Origin: a virus
Strand: one strand, 5' to 3'
Virus record (IMG/VR): IMGVR_UViG_3300032236_001771
Span: 36,077 to 100,076 of that record
DNA length: 64,000 nt
Shown here: in pieces, positions 39,299 to 45,014 of the stretch
Numbering within the stretch: the first letter of the stretch is position 1
Layout of the letters: each line of letters opens with the position of its first letter
Position numbers and translations under genes: made by a program
Notes under the pieces: model-generated
Database searches by the model: none
What the model was told of the DNA's origin: nothing
The model's input: the letters and a program-made list of their open reading frames with translations, nothing else

Positions 39299-39640
39299 AT
39301 GACAATGAAACCATCTTCGGCTAAGGCTAAGGGTAGAAATTTACAAAAGTGGGTTAGAGAACAATTAATTGAGCAGTTGAATGTTCATCCAGAAGATATT
39401 GAAAGTAGATCAATGGGTGCAGGAGGTGAAGATTTGATTATGGCCAGAGCTGCCAGAAAAAAATTCAATTTTTCAGTAGAATGCAAAAATTGTGAAAAAT
39501 TAAATGTTTGGCAAGCATATGAACAAGCAGAAGCAAATTCTGGAGACTATGAACCAATTGTAGTGATGAAAAAGAATTATAAAAAACCGCTTATTGTTGT
39601 AGATGCAGAATACTTCATATCTTTATTTAAAGAGAAATAA
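39299..39640 (+). CDS. Putative PD-(D/E)xK nuclease / Holliday-junction-resolvase-like protein
   Basis: 113 aa. KGRNLQKWVREQL...GGEDLIM...FSVECKN gives a D...E-x-K arrangement, as in small phage resolvase-like nucleases. Confidence 0.45.
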   Translation: MTMKPSSAKAKGRNLQKWVREQLIEQLNVHPEDIESRSMGAGGEDLIMARAARKKFNFSVECKNCEKLNVWQAYEQAEANSGDYEPIVVMKKNYKKPLIVVDAEYFISLFKEK

Positions 39641-40075
39641 ATGGAATTTAATTTTAATTTTGGTAAAAAGAAAACTACAATTTTTCAATATGCAATTATT
39701 GGAATTATTTTAACAACTACAGTGGGAATTGTTTCTCAATGTACTAAAATACCAGAAGATAAAATTTATAGAATAGTTGATCAAATACAAAGAAAAATTG
39801 CACCAAATTCTACATTAAATGATTATATTATTCATGATAATCATTTATTAGATATAAGAGTGCATGGAGATGTAGATAACGCAATTTTTGATTATGAAAG
39901 AAAAACTGGTGATTATGGAATTGTTAAATTACCTCCACCAAATTATAGTGAAAAACCAATTGATTCTTCAGTATGTTACACAAAAGAATGCCAGTCTTTA
40001 GGTGGTGAAATGAGATTATGTTCTCCTTGGGTTTTAGATTGTTCAAAAAGTAATGAAATAATCTATACTAAATAG
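39641..40075 (+). CDS. Hypothetical protein with N-terminal transmembrane anchor
   Basis: 144 aa. TIFQYAIIGIILTTTVGIVSQ, then a Cys-containing soluble domain. Confidence 0.45.
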   Translation: MEFNFNFGKKKTTIFQYAIIGIILTTTVGIVSQCTKIPEDKIYRIVDQIQRKIAPNSTLNDYIIHDNHLLDIRVHGDVDNAIFDYERKTGDYGIVKLPPPNYSEKPIDSSVCYTKECQSLGGEMRLCSPWVLDCSKSNEIIYTK

Positions 40076-40121
40076 TATTAATTACTATTATTTGAAAATA
40101 AATAAAAACACATAAATAATA

Positions 40122-40691
40122 ATGATTACATATAAGGCTACGAACACGTTAAATGGAAAATTTTATATTGGTAGTACTATAAATTTTAAACGCCGTAAAC
40201 GTGATCATCTTAAAGGCACTGAAAATTATCCATTTCAAAATGCATTAAGAAAAAATCCTGATGCATTTATATGGGAAATTTATGAAGATGAATATGATAA
40301 ACCAATTCTTGAACAATCTCTTTTAGATATGTGGTGTGGAAAAGAACAATGTTACAATTTAAATCCATTTGCAACAAGACCACCAAAAATTGATCCTGAA
40401 CTTAATCGCAAATTGGCTAGCAAAAAAGGAAGACGTTTAGTTGATGAAAAAATTGGTCTTTTTTCTAGAACTAAAGAAGAAATTGTTGCAGATGCAAAAA
40501 AAGGTAGAGCAGCTTTATCTCAAGAAATGATAATCAGAGGAGGAAAAGCAGCAGGAAAAATAACAAGTTCTCAAAAATGGATTGATCCAGAACATTTAGA
40601 CTTGGGAACAAGATCTGCAGCAACTTTAGTAAGAATGCAAATTGCTCGTGGATATCCACACGAATCTTGTAATAGAAAAAGAATTCAATAA
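40122..40691 (+). CDS. GIY-YIG homing-endonuclease-like protein
   Basis: 189 aa. The N-terminus ITYKATNTLNGKFYIGSTINFKRRKRDH carries the GIY-YIG module (Y-x10-YIGS...R...H). Confidence 0.75.
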   Translation: MITYKATNTLNGKFYIGSTINFKRRKRDHLKGTENYPFQNALRKNPDAFIWEIYEDEYDKPILEQSLLDMWCGKEQCYNLNPFATRPPKIDPELNRKLASKKGRRLVDEKIGLFSRTKEEIVADAKKGRAALSQEMIIRGGKAAGKITSSQKWIDPEHLDLGTRSAATLVRMQIARGYPHESCNRKRIQ

Positions 40692-40710
40692 AAAATCCAG
40701 GCAAACTAAA

Positions 40711-41109
40711 ATGTTTTTTTCAAAAAAAATTAAAATTTATGAAAAAAATAATAACAAAGTGGCTTTATCTGATAGAGTATCATCAATAGTAGGTAGTTGG
40801 GGATTTATAATTACCCTAACTTTAATAACTTTATTTTGGATTATTTGGAATACAAATTCGCATAATAATAAAAAATTTGATCCATATCCGTTTATTTTAT
40901 TAAATTTAAGTTATTCTTTTTTGGCTGGTTATACTGCACCTATTCTTTTGATGGCTGCAAATCGTCAATCAGAAATTGATCGCAAAAGAGCAATAGAAAA
41001 TTTAGAACTAGATAGAATGGATCATAAAATTATTATAGCACTTGAAGAACACATTGATAAACATTTTGATGGCATCAATGAAAAGCTTGACAAGATGAAA
41101 AAACTGTGA
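40711..41109 (+). CDS. DUF1003-like membrane protein
   Basis: Start re-set to ATG 40711. FDPYPFILLNLSYSFLAGYTAPILLMAANRQSEIDRKRAIENLELD matches the DUF1003 pattern as I recall it. Confidence 0.6.
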   Translation: MFFSKKIKIYEKNNNKVALSDRVSSIVGSWGFIITLTLITLFWIIWNTNSHNNKKFDPYPFILLNLSYSFLAGYTAPILLMAANRQSEIDRKRAIENLELDRMDHKIIIALEEHIDKHFDGINEKLDKMKKL

Positions 41110-41115
41110 TATACT
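41087..41115 (+). promoter_or_regulatory. Host sigma70-type promoter TTGACA-N17-TATACT just before tRNA-Val
   Basis: TTGACA at 41087-41092 (inside the end of the DUF1003 ORF), 17-nt spacer, TATACT at 41110-41115. The tRNA starts at 41127. Confidence 0.55.
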
Positions 41116-41126
41116 GATTTTGTTAC

Positions 41127-41198
41127 GGGCGATTAGCTCAGCGGTAGAGCGTCTCCTTTACACGGAGAGGGTCGGGGGTTCAAGTCCCTCATCGCCCA
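41127..41198 (+). tRNA. tRNA-Val (anticodon TAC)
   Basis: Hand-folded cloverleaf: GGGCGAT/ATCGCCC acceptor, GCTC/GAGC D-stem, TCTCC-TTTACAC-GGAGA anticodon arm, GGGGG-TTCAAGT-CCCTC T-arm. 72 nt, no encoded CCA. Confidence 0.85.
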
Positions 41199-41338
41199 TA
41201 GCAAGGCAAATGGATTAAATTATTACTTTTTTGATTTGTCTTGTGAGCTTAAAATTTAATTTGATTCCAAATGCTTATAAGCAAGAGGAACTTTTTTTGT
41301 ACCATTAAATTTTAGGTTGTAGACGTTCATTTAAACAA

Positions 41339-41740
41339 ATGCTTAAAAAACAACTTATTTTACTTACAGCCATTAGTACAATGGGGGTGGCTACCCTTCC
41401 ACAACTACCAGCAAAAGCTAGTGATTACTGTGGATACGCAAGTCATTATGGAATGGGTGATGGATATGGAGGGCAAAGAACAGCAAATGGTGAAGTTATG
41501 AATCCCTATGCTATGACTGCAGCCCACCCATATCTTCGTTTAGGAACTGAAATTGAAGTAACCGATCAACACACAAACAAAAAAATTATTGTTACAATTA
41601 ATGATCGGGGACCTTATGCTGCTGGAAGAATTTTGGATTTATCTTACGGGGCATTTTCGCAGATTAGAAATCCCAGAAGGGGTGAAACTTATGTATGTTA
41701 TGCTATTATTCCGCGGCATCATTCAAAATATGTCAGCTGA
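41339..41740 (+). CDS. RlpA-like double-psi beta-barrel (DPBB) protein with signal peptide
   Basis: 133 aa. Signal-like MLKKQLILLTAISTMGVATLPQLPAKA, then YASHYG...GQRTANGEVMNPYAMTAAHPYLRLGTEIEVT...VTINDRGPYAAGRILDLSYGAF (RlpA/DPBB signature). Confidence 0.8.
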   Translation: MLKKQLILLTAISTMGVATLPQLPAKASDYCGYASHYGMGDGYGGQRTANGEVMNPYAMTAAHPYLRLGTEIEVTDQHTNKKIIVTINDRGPYAAGRILDLSYGAFSQIRNPRRGETYVCYAIIPRHHSKYVS

Positions 41741-41747
41741 AGGGGGG

Positions 41748-41776
41748 TTGACAAATTTATCTAGATGGTGTAATAT
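41748..41776 (+). promoter_or_regulatory. Host sigma70-type promoter TTGACA-N17-TAATAT
   Basis: TTGACA at 41748-41753, 17-nt spacer, TAATAT at 41771-41776. It precedes a small ORF, tRNA-Arg and tRNA-Leu. Confidence 0.6.
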
Positions 41777-41804
41777 GGTATGGTGATGACGAGAGGTTGC
41801 TTCA

Positions 41805-41960
41805 ATGACTAACGCCAAAACTCAAGAGTTTACCAAAGATCTGGATTATCTTATTGATAAAATCCATGAGTTAGTAGAAAAAGGATGTATAGATGAAGCA
41901 ATCTCTCTTTATGATACATATCAAGAGGAGATTAAAACTCCAATAATGATGGGCACGTAA
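41805..41960 (+). CDS. Small ORF (51 aa)
   Basis: Hand-translated MTNAKTQEFTKDLDYLIDKIHELVEKGCIDEAISLYDTYQEEIKTPIMMGT*. RBS GAGAGG upstream. The last 10 nt overlap tRNA-Arg. Confidence 0.35.
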   Translation: MTNAKTQEFTKDLDYLIDKIHELVEKGCIDEAISLYDTYQEEIKTPIMMGT

Positions 41961-42023
41961 CTCAGTGGCTAGAGTATCCGCCTTCTAAGCGGTTTGTCGG
42001 GGGTTCAAATCCCTCCGTGCCTG
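41951..42023 (+). tRNA. tRNA-Arg (anticodon TCT)
   Basis: GGGCACG/CGTGCCT acceptor (G1-U72), ACTC/GAGT D-stem, TCCGC-CTTCTAA-GCGGT anticodon arm, GGGGG-TTCAAAT-CCCTC T-arm. 73 nt. Confidence 0.85.
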
Positions 42024-42054
42024 TTGACCTAAGTAAGTCGTTAAACTTCTTAAT

Positions 42055-42137
42055 GGGAGTATGGTGGAATCGGTAGACACACCAGACTTAAAATCTGTTG
42101 GGCATTGCCCGTGGGAGTTCAAGTCTCCCTACTCCTA
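42055..42137 (+). tRNA. tRNA-Leu (anticodon TAA), long variable arm
   Basis: GGGAGTA/TACTCCT acceptor, CCAGA-CTTAAAA-TCTGT anticodon arm, variable arm TGGGCATTGCCCGT, GGGAG-TTCAAGT-CTCCC T-arm. 83 nt, no intron. Confidence 0.85.
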
Positions 42138-42169
42138 CTAAATAAAGTATTAGATAAAGATAATTACTT

Positions 42170-42421
42170 ATGAAAATATTATGTAAAATGTGTAATAAAG
42201 AATTAGAAGCAGTTAAATCATATTCAGTTCAATCTTGCCACTGTTCCAATGAAACTTGTATTAGAATAGACAGATATGGGCAACCCATAATTACTGCTAA
42301 TGATTTGACTAAGATTCAAATAGTAGATGCGATAAAACCAAGTAAAAAGCCTATTGACAAACCGGATGATATGCAGTATACTAGGAGGGTCCCAAGAAAA
42401 CTTGATTTTGAGATACGTTAA
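42170..42421 (+). CDS. Cys-rich small protein (possible zinc finger)
   Basis: 83 aa. CKMCNKELEAVKSYSVQSCHCSNETC. CTAAATA lies at 42138-42144 upstream. Confidence 0.45.
   Translation: MKILCKMCNKELEAVKSYSVQSCHCSNETCIRIDRYGQPIITANDLTKIQIVDAIKPSKKPIDKPDDMQYTRRVPRKLDFEIR
42354..42382 (+). promoter_or_regulatory. Host sigma70-type promoter TTGACA-N17-TATACT (inside the preceding ORF)
   Basis: TTGACA at 42354-42359, 17-nt spacer, TATACT at 42377-42382. It lies upstream of small ORF 42421. Confidence 0.45.
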
Positions 42422-42570
42422 TGGATGATCACACTAAACAAAATTGGCAAAAGATTAAAGATGTTATGGAGTCATCTGGCAATACTGATAATATGTTTTA
42501 TAGAAGAGCTTGTGAAATAGTAAGAACAGGTAAAGACCCCTTAGCTAAATATCTTGGAGACGAAGAATAA
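42421..42570 (+). CDS. Small ORF (49 aa)
   Basis: Hand-translated MDDHTKQNWQKIKDVMESSGNTDNMFYRRACEIVRTGKDPLAKYLGDEE*. Its start overlaps the upstream stop (TAATG). Confidence 0.35.
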   Translation: MDDHTKQNWQKIKDVMESSGNTDNMFYRRACEIVRTGKDPLAKYLGDEE

Positions 42571-42576
42571 ATTCAT

Positions 42577-42603
42577 CGGGCATTAGCGCAGTTTGGTAGC
42601 GCG
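42577..42603 (+). pseudogene. tRNA 5' remnant (acceptor strand + complete D-arm, tRNA-Pro-like)
   Basis: CGGGCAT-TA-GCGC-AGTTTGGTA-GCGC-G is a clean tRNA from position 1 to 26. Downstream sequence cannot form anticodon or T arms. C1 plus this D-arm is what bacterial tRNA-Pro genes look like (from memory). Confidence 0.5.
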
Positions 42604-42638
42604 TTGTGTTCTTGCTGTGATTGTTAAGGTAAAGTAGT

Positions 42639-42685
42639 TATAGTTTAGATTTTTTATAAATAATAATATACCAACCTAAACTATA
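42639..42685 (+). promoter_or_regulatory. 10-bp inverted repeat enclosing a TATAAATA late promoter and abutting the HNH start codon
   Basis: TATAGTTTAG (42639-42648) and CTAAACTATA (42676-42685) are perfect complements. TATAAATA lies at 42655-42662 in the loop, and the ATG at 42686. Confidence 0.5.
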
Positions 42686-43188
42686 ATGAATAAAGATCTT
42701 TTACTTGAAATGTTGAATAATGGAATGTCTATGAATGACATTTCAAAAAAGGAAAGTAAATCATCAACAACGGTTAGATATTGGTGTAAAAAATATGGAT
42801 TAAAATCTAATTATACTCCTATAAAAAATTCAAAATCAAAACATAAATGTGGAATGTGTAGTGAAACTAATCCTGAAAAATTTTATGGGCATAAAAAAAG
42901 TGTATGTGCAAAATGTCATAATAAATATACATTAGAATTGGGTCAAAAAAGAGGGAGTTTATTATTAATACTATGGGAGGAAAATGTATTTCTTGTGGGT
43001 ATAATAAATATTCTTCAGCACTTCATGTTCATCATATAGATCCGTCAAAAAAAGATCCAAAATTTGCCAATATTCGTTGTTGGAGTGAAAATAGGATACT
43101 TGACGAAATAAGAGGATGTGTGCTATTATGTGCTTGTTGTCATTCAGCAGTTCATGCTAATCAACTAATTCTTCCGAATGTCGCCTAA
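42686..43188 (+). pseudogene. HNH endonuclease gene split by a frameshift at an A6 run (two overlapping ORFs)
   Basis: ORF1 (42686-43039) encodes an HTH-like N-terminus plus CGMC...CAKCH. ORF2 (42973-43188) encodes CISCG...HVHHIDP...CACCHSAVH. The -1 frame is open from 42925. A one-base shift at CAAAAAAG (42944-42951) joins them as ...LELGQKKREFIINTMGGKCISCG... Confidence 0.6.
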
Positions 43189-43249
43189 CTTGGTCATGGC
43201 ACCACTTTTGGGAAGTGGAATAATCTCAGTTCAAATCTGAGCATTCGGA
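43174..43249 (+). tRNA. tRNA-Pro (anticodon TGG)
   Basis: Perfect 7-bp acceptor CCGAATG/CATTCGG with C1-G72 (typical of bacterial tRNA-Pro), CCACT-TTTGGGA-AGTGG anticodon arm, CTCAG-TTCAAAT-CTGAG T-arm, 6-nt variable loop. The first 15 nt overlap the HNH ORF end. Confidence 0.72.
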
Positions 43250-43276
43250 TTAATAATAAATATTTTAAAATTAATT

Positions 43277-43471
43277 ATGCAAACGTTTACAGTGGAACAA
43301 TTTCAAGAAAATTTTGATGAACTTATGGACAGAGTTGAAAGTGGAGAATCTTTTATGATTACCAGTGAATATGGAAATGCTGTAATGATTCCATATAAAA
43401 ATATAGAAGGACTTATAGATGTGGATGATGAAGTCATACGCATCCACACAGATCACGAAGAAGGTTCGTGA
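43277..43471 (+). CDS. Phd/YefM-like antitoxin-fold protein (no adjacent toxin)
   Basis: 64 aa. MQTFTVEQFQENFDELMDRVESGESFMITSEYGNAVMIPYKNIEGL parallels the YefM N-terminus ([48 protein letters not shown]). Confidence 0.5.
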   Translation: MQTFTVEQFQENFDELMDRVESGESFMITSEYGNAVMIPYKNIEGLIDVDDEVIRIHTDHEEGS

Positions 43472-43478
43472 ATTTTAT

Positions 43479-43549
43479 GGGAGCATAGCTTAATGGTAGA
43501 GCGGCCTGCTTATAACGGGTTAGTCTGGGTTCAATTCCCAGTGTTCCTA
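43479..43549 (+). tRNA. tRNA-Ile (anticodon TAT, AUA-reading)
   Basis: GGGAGCA/TGTTCCT acceptor (two G-U pairs), GCTT/GAGC D-stem, GCCTG-CTTATAA-CGGGT anticodon arm, CTGGG-TTCAATT-CCCAG T-arm. 71 nt. Confidence 0.68.
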
Positions 43550-43585
43550 TGCCCATAATGGGCAGTAAAATTAATTCATATACAT

Positions 43586-43753
43586 ATGGAAGACAATAAA
43601 GAAGAAATTGAACTTGATCTAACAGACGATGAAATTGAGTTACTAACTCTTATGGCCGAACAAAAAGGAATTACTATTGAACAATTAATGGAGCAAATTT
43701 TAAAAGATTCGCTTGAGCTTATTGAAAATCCTGATATTGGATTAACTGAATAA
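43586..43753 (+). CDS. Ribbon-helix-helix (CopG/ParD-like) small protein, no adjacent toxin
   Basis: Hand-translated 55 aa: MEDNKEEIELDLTDDEIELLTLMAEQKGITIEQLMEQILKDSLELIENPDIGLTE*. The pattern is a beta-strand, then helix (EIELLTLMAEQKG), then helix (TIEQLMEQIL). Confidence 0.4.
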   Translation: MEDNKEEIELDLTDDEIELLTLMAEQKGITIEQLMEQILKDSLELIENPDIGLTE

Positions 43754-43867
43754 TTTTTGCCCTCGTCGTATGGGCATTATAAGTGACGACTGGTGCGGAT
43801 GGGGTTACTCCCGCTTGGTTTCCAATTTCCAGTTAAAAAATTGGTGGCGAGCCTAGCAAGTAAAGGG

Positions 43868-43896
43868 TTGACATCCTTTAAACGTTATGGTATACT
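43868..43896 (+). promoter_or_regulatory. Host sigma70-type promoter TTGACA-N17-TATACT
   Basis: TTGACA at 43868-43873, 17-nt spacer, TATACT at 43891-43896. It lies 33 nt upstream of tRNA-Gly. Confidence 0.6.
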
Positions 43897-43907
43897 AGAT
43901 ACCACAG

Positions 43908-43928
43908 TCCTCAATTTGAGGATTTTTT
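43908..43928 (+). terminator. Terminator-like hairpin + T6 butting against the tRNA-Gly 5' end
   Basis: TCCTCA-ATT-TGAGGA followed by TTTTTT. The next base (43929) is tRNA position 1. Confidence 0.45.
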
Positions 43929-43999
43929 GCGTGATTAGTGTAGTGGTAACATGCCTCCCTTCCAAGGAGTTGTCCTCGGTTCAAATCCGTGATCACGCT
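43929..43999 (+). tRNA. tRNA-Gly (anticodon TCC)
   Basis: GCGTGAT/ATCACGC acceptor, GTGT/ACAT D-stem, CCTCC-CTTCCAA-GGAGT anticodon arm (27:43 mismatch), CTCGG-TTCAAAT-CCGTG T-arm (one T-T mismatch). 71 nt. Confidence 0.62.
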
Positions 44000-44057
44000 T
44001 GCCCAAATCTTTGGGCAACTAAATAAACCTTGTATTTGTAATTTTTGATACAATCTT

Positions 44058-44939
44058 ATGAAACTTAAATCAATTTTTGCTGGTGTTGTTGCTTCTTCTA
44101 TGGTTGCACCTGCGCTTGCTACTCCAAACAGGCAGTTCTCTGATGTGTCCCCTACTAACTGGGCATATCAGGCAATTACCAATCTTAATGCTAATTATGG
44201 TTGCCTTGCTGGTTATCCTAATGGCACTCTGAAGCCTGCTCAGGCTGCTACTCGTGCTGAGCTGGTTGCTCTGACTAGTGCTTGCCTGGATCGCATCTCT
44301 GAGTTCTCCAGTGCCGAAGATGCTCGCACTGCTGCTGCTCTTCGTGCTGAGTTCTCCAAGGAACTTGCTGCCACTAATGCCCGTGTAACGACTCTGGAAG
44401 TTGCTTCTGCTCGTAAGACACAAGGTGTTGGTCAGTATGTTGGTATTGGTGTTCTTCTAGATCAGCAAGGTGTTGCAGGCAATGGATATGGTGCAAATCG
44501 CACTGTTTCTGGTGCTACTGTCCAGGCACGTTTCCCTGTTGCTACTGTTTGGGGAAATGAAGTTTCAGTTCGTCCTTATGCTAACTTTGTTGGCAGTCCT
44601 TCTGGTCAAATTGGTGCTGCTGGTGGTGCTCTTGCTACTTATGATTATTCCATCTCACACAAGACTCTTGCGAATGGAACTAAAGTAAGTCGTGCAAATG
44701 TCTATGGTGGTGTTGGTTATCAAGTTCCTTTTGTAAATAACACTACTTCTAACTATCAGTCTGCGGTTGGTTCACAGGGTCAAGTTGTTCTTGCTCTGGG
44801 TGTTGAGGGTCGTATCACCAATTCTTTGGTTGGTTTTGCTGATCTCAAGTTCCCTACTACCAATGCTGCTAATAGTTATGGTGTTACTAATGGAACTTAT
44901 AGTCCAGTGTTCACGACTGGTCTAGGAGTAAAATTTTAG
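44058..44939 (+). CDS. Signal-peptide protein with N-terminal SLH domain and beta-rich C-terminal part ending in Phe (cyanobacterial porin-like)
   Basis: 293 aa. Signal peptide MKLKSIFAGVVASSMVAPALA. SLH-like FSDVSPTNWAYQAITNLNANYGCLAGYPNGTLKPAQAATRAELVAL. Gly/alternating-residue-rich C-terminal part ending TTGLGVKF. Codons are clearly richer in G/C than in neighbours. Confidence 0.7.
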   Translation: MKLKSIFAGVVASSMVAPALATPNRQFSDVSPTNWAYQAITNLNANYGCLAGYPNGTLKPAQAATRAELVALTSACLDRISEFSSAEDARTAAALRAEFSKELAATNARVTTLEVASARKTQGVGQYVGIGVLLDQQGVAGNGYGANRTVSGATVQARFPVATVWGNEVSVRPYANFVGSPSGQIGAAGGALATYDYSISHKTLANGTKVSRANVYGGVGYQVPFVNNTTSNYQSAVGSQGQVVLALGVEGRITNSLVGFADLKFPTTNAANSYGVTNGTYSPVFTTGLGVKF

Positions 44940-44964
44940 TAAACTACTCATAAGTTGAGTTGAG

Positions 44965-44986
44965 CCACCCCATAATGGGGTGGTTT
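44965..44986 (+). terminator. Hairpin terminator after the porin-like gene
   Basis: CCACCCCA-TAA-TGGGGTGG followed by TTT. Confidence 0.55.
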
Positions 44987-45014
44987 ACATTAAATTTAAT
45001 TTATAAACTTTTTT

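Noticed and set aside
42577-43249. Idea that the tRNA 5' fragment and the region after the HNH gene are two halves of one intron-split tRNA
   Set aside because: The fragment's acceptor strand (CGGGCAT) is not complementary to the downstream 3' acceptor (CATTCGG). In addition, 43174-43249 folds as a complete independent tRNA-Pro. I saw no group I intron core elements.
43793-44026. 77-aa + strand ORF
   Set aside because: It runs straight through a consensus promoter, a terminator-like hairpin and the whole tRNA-Gly gene, so it is not a plausible protein.
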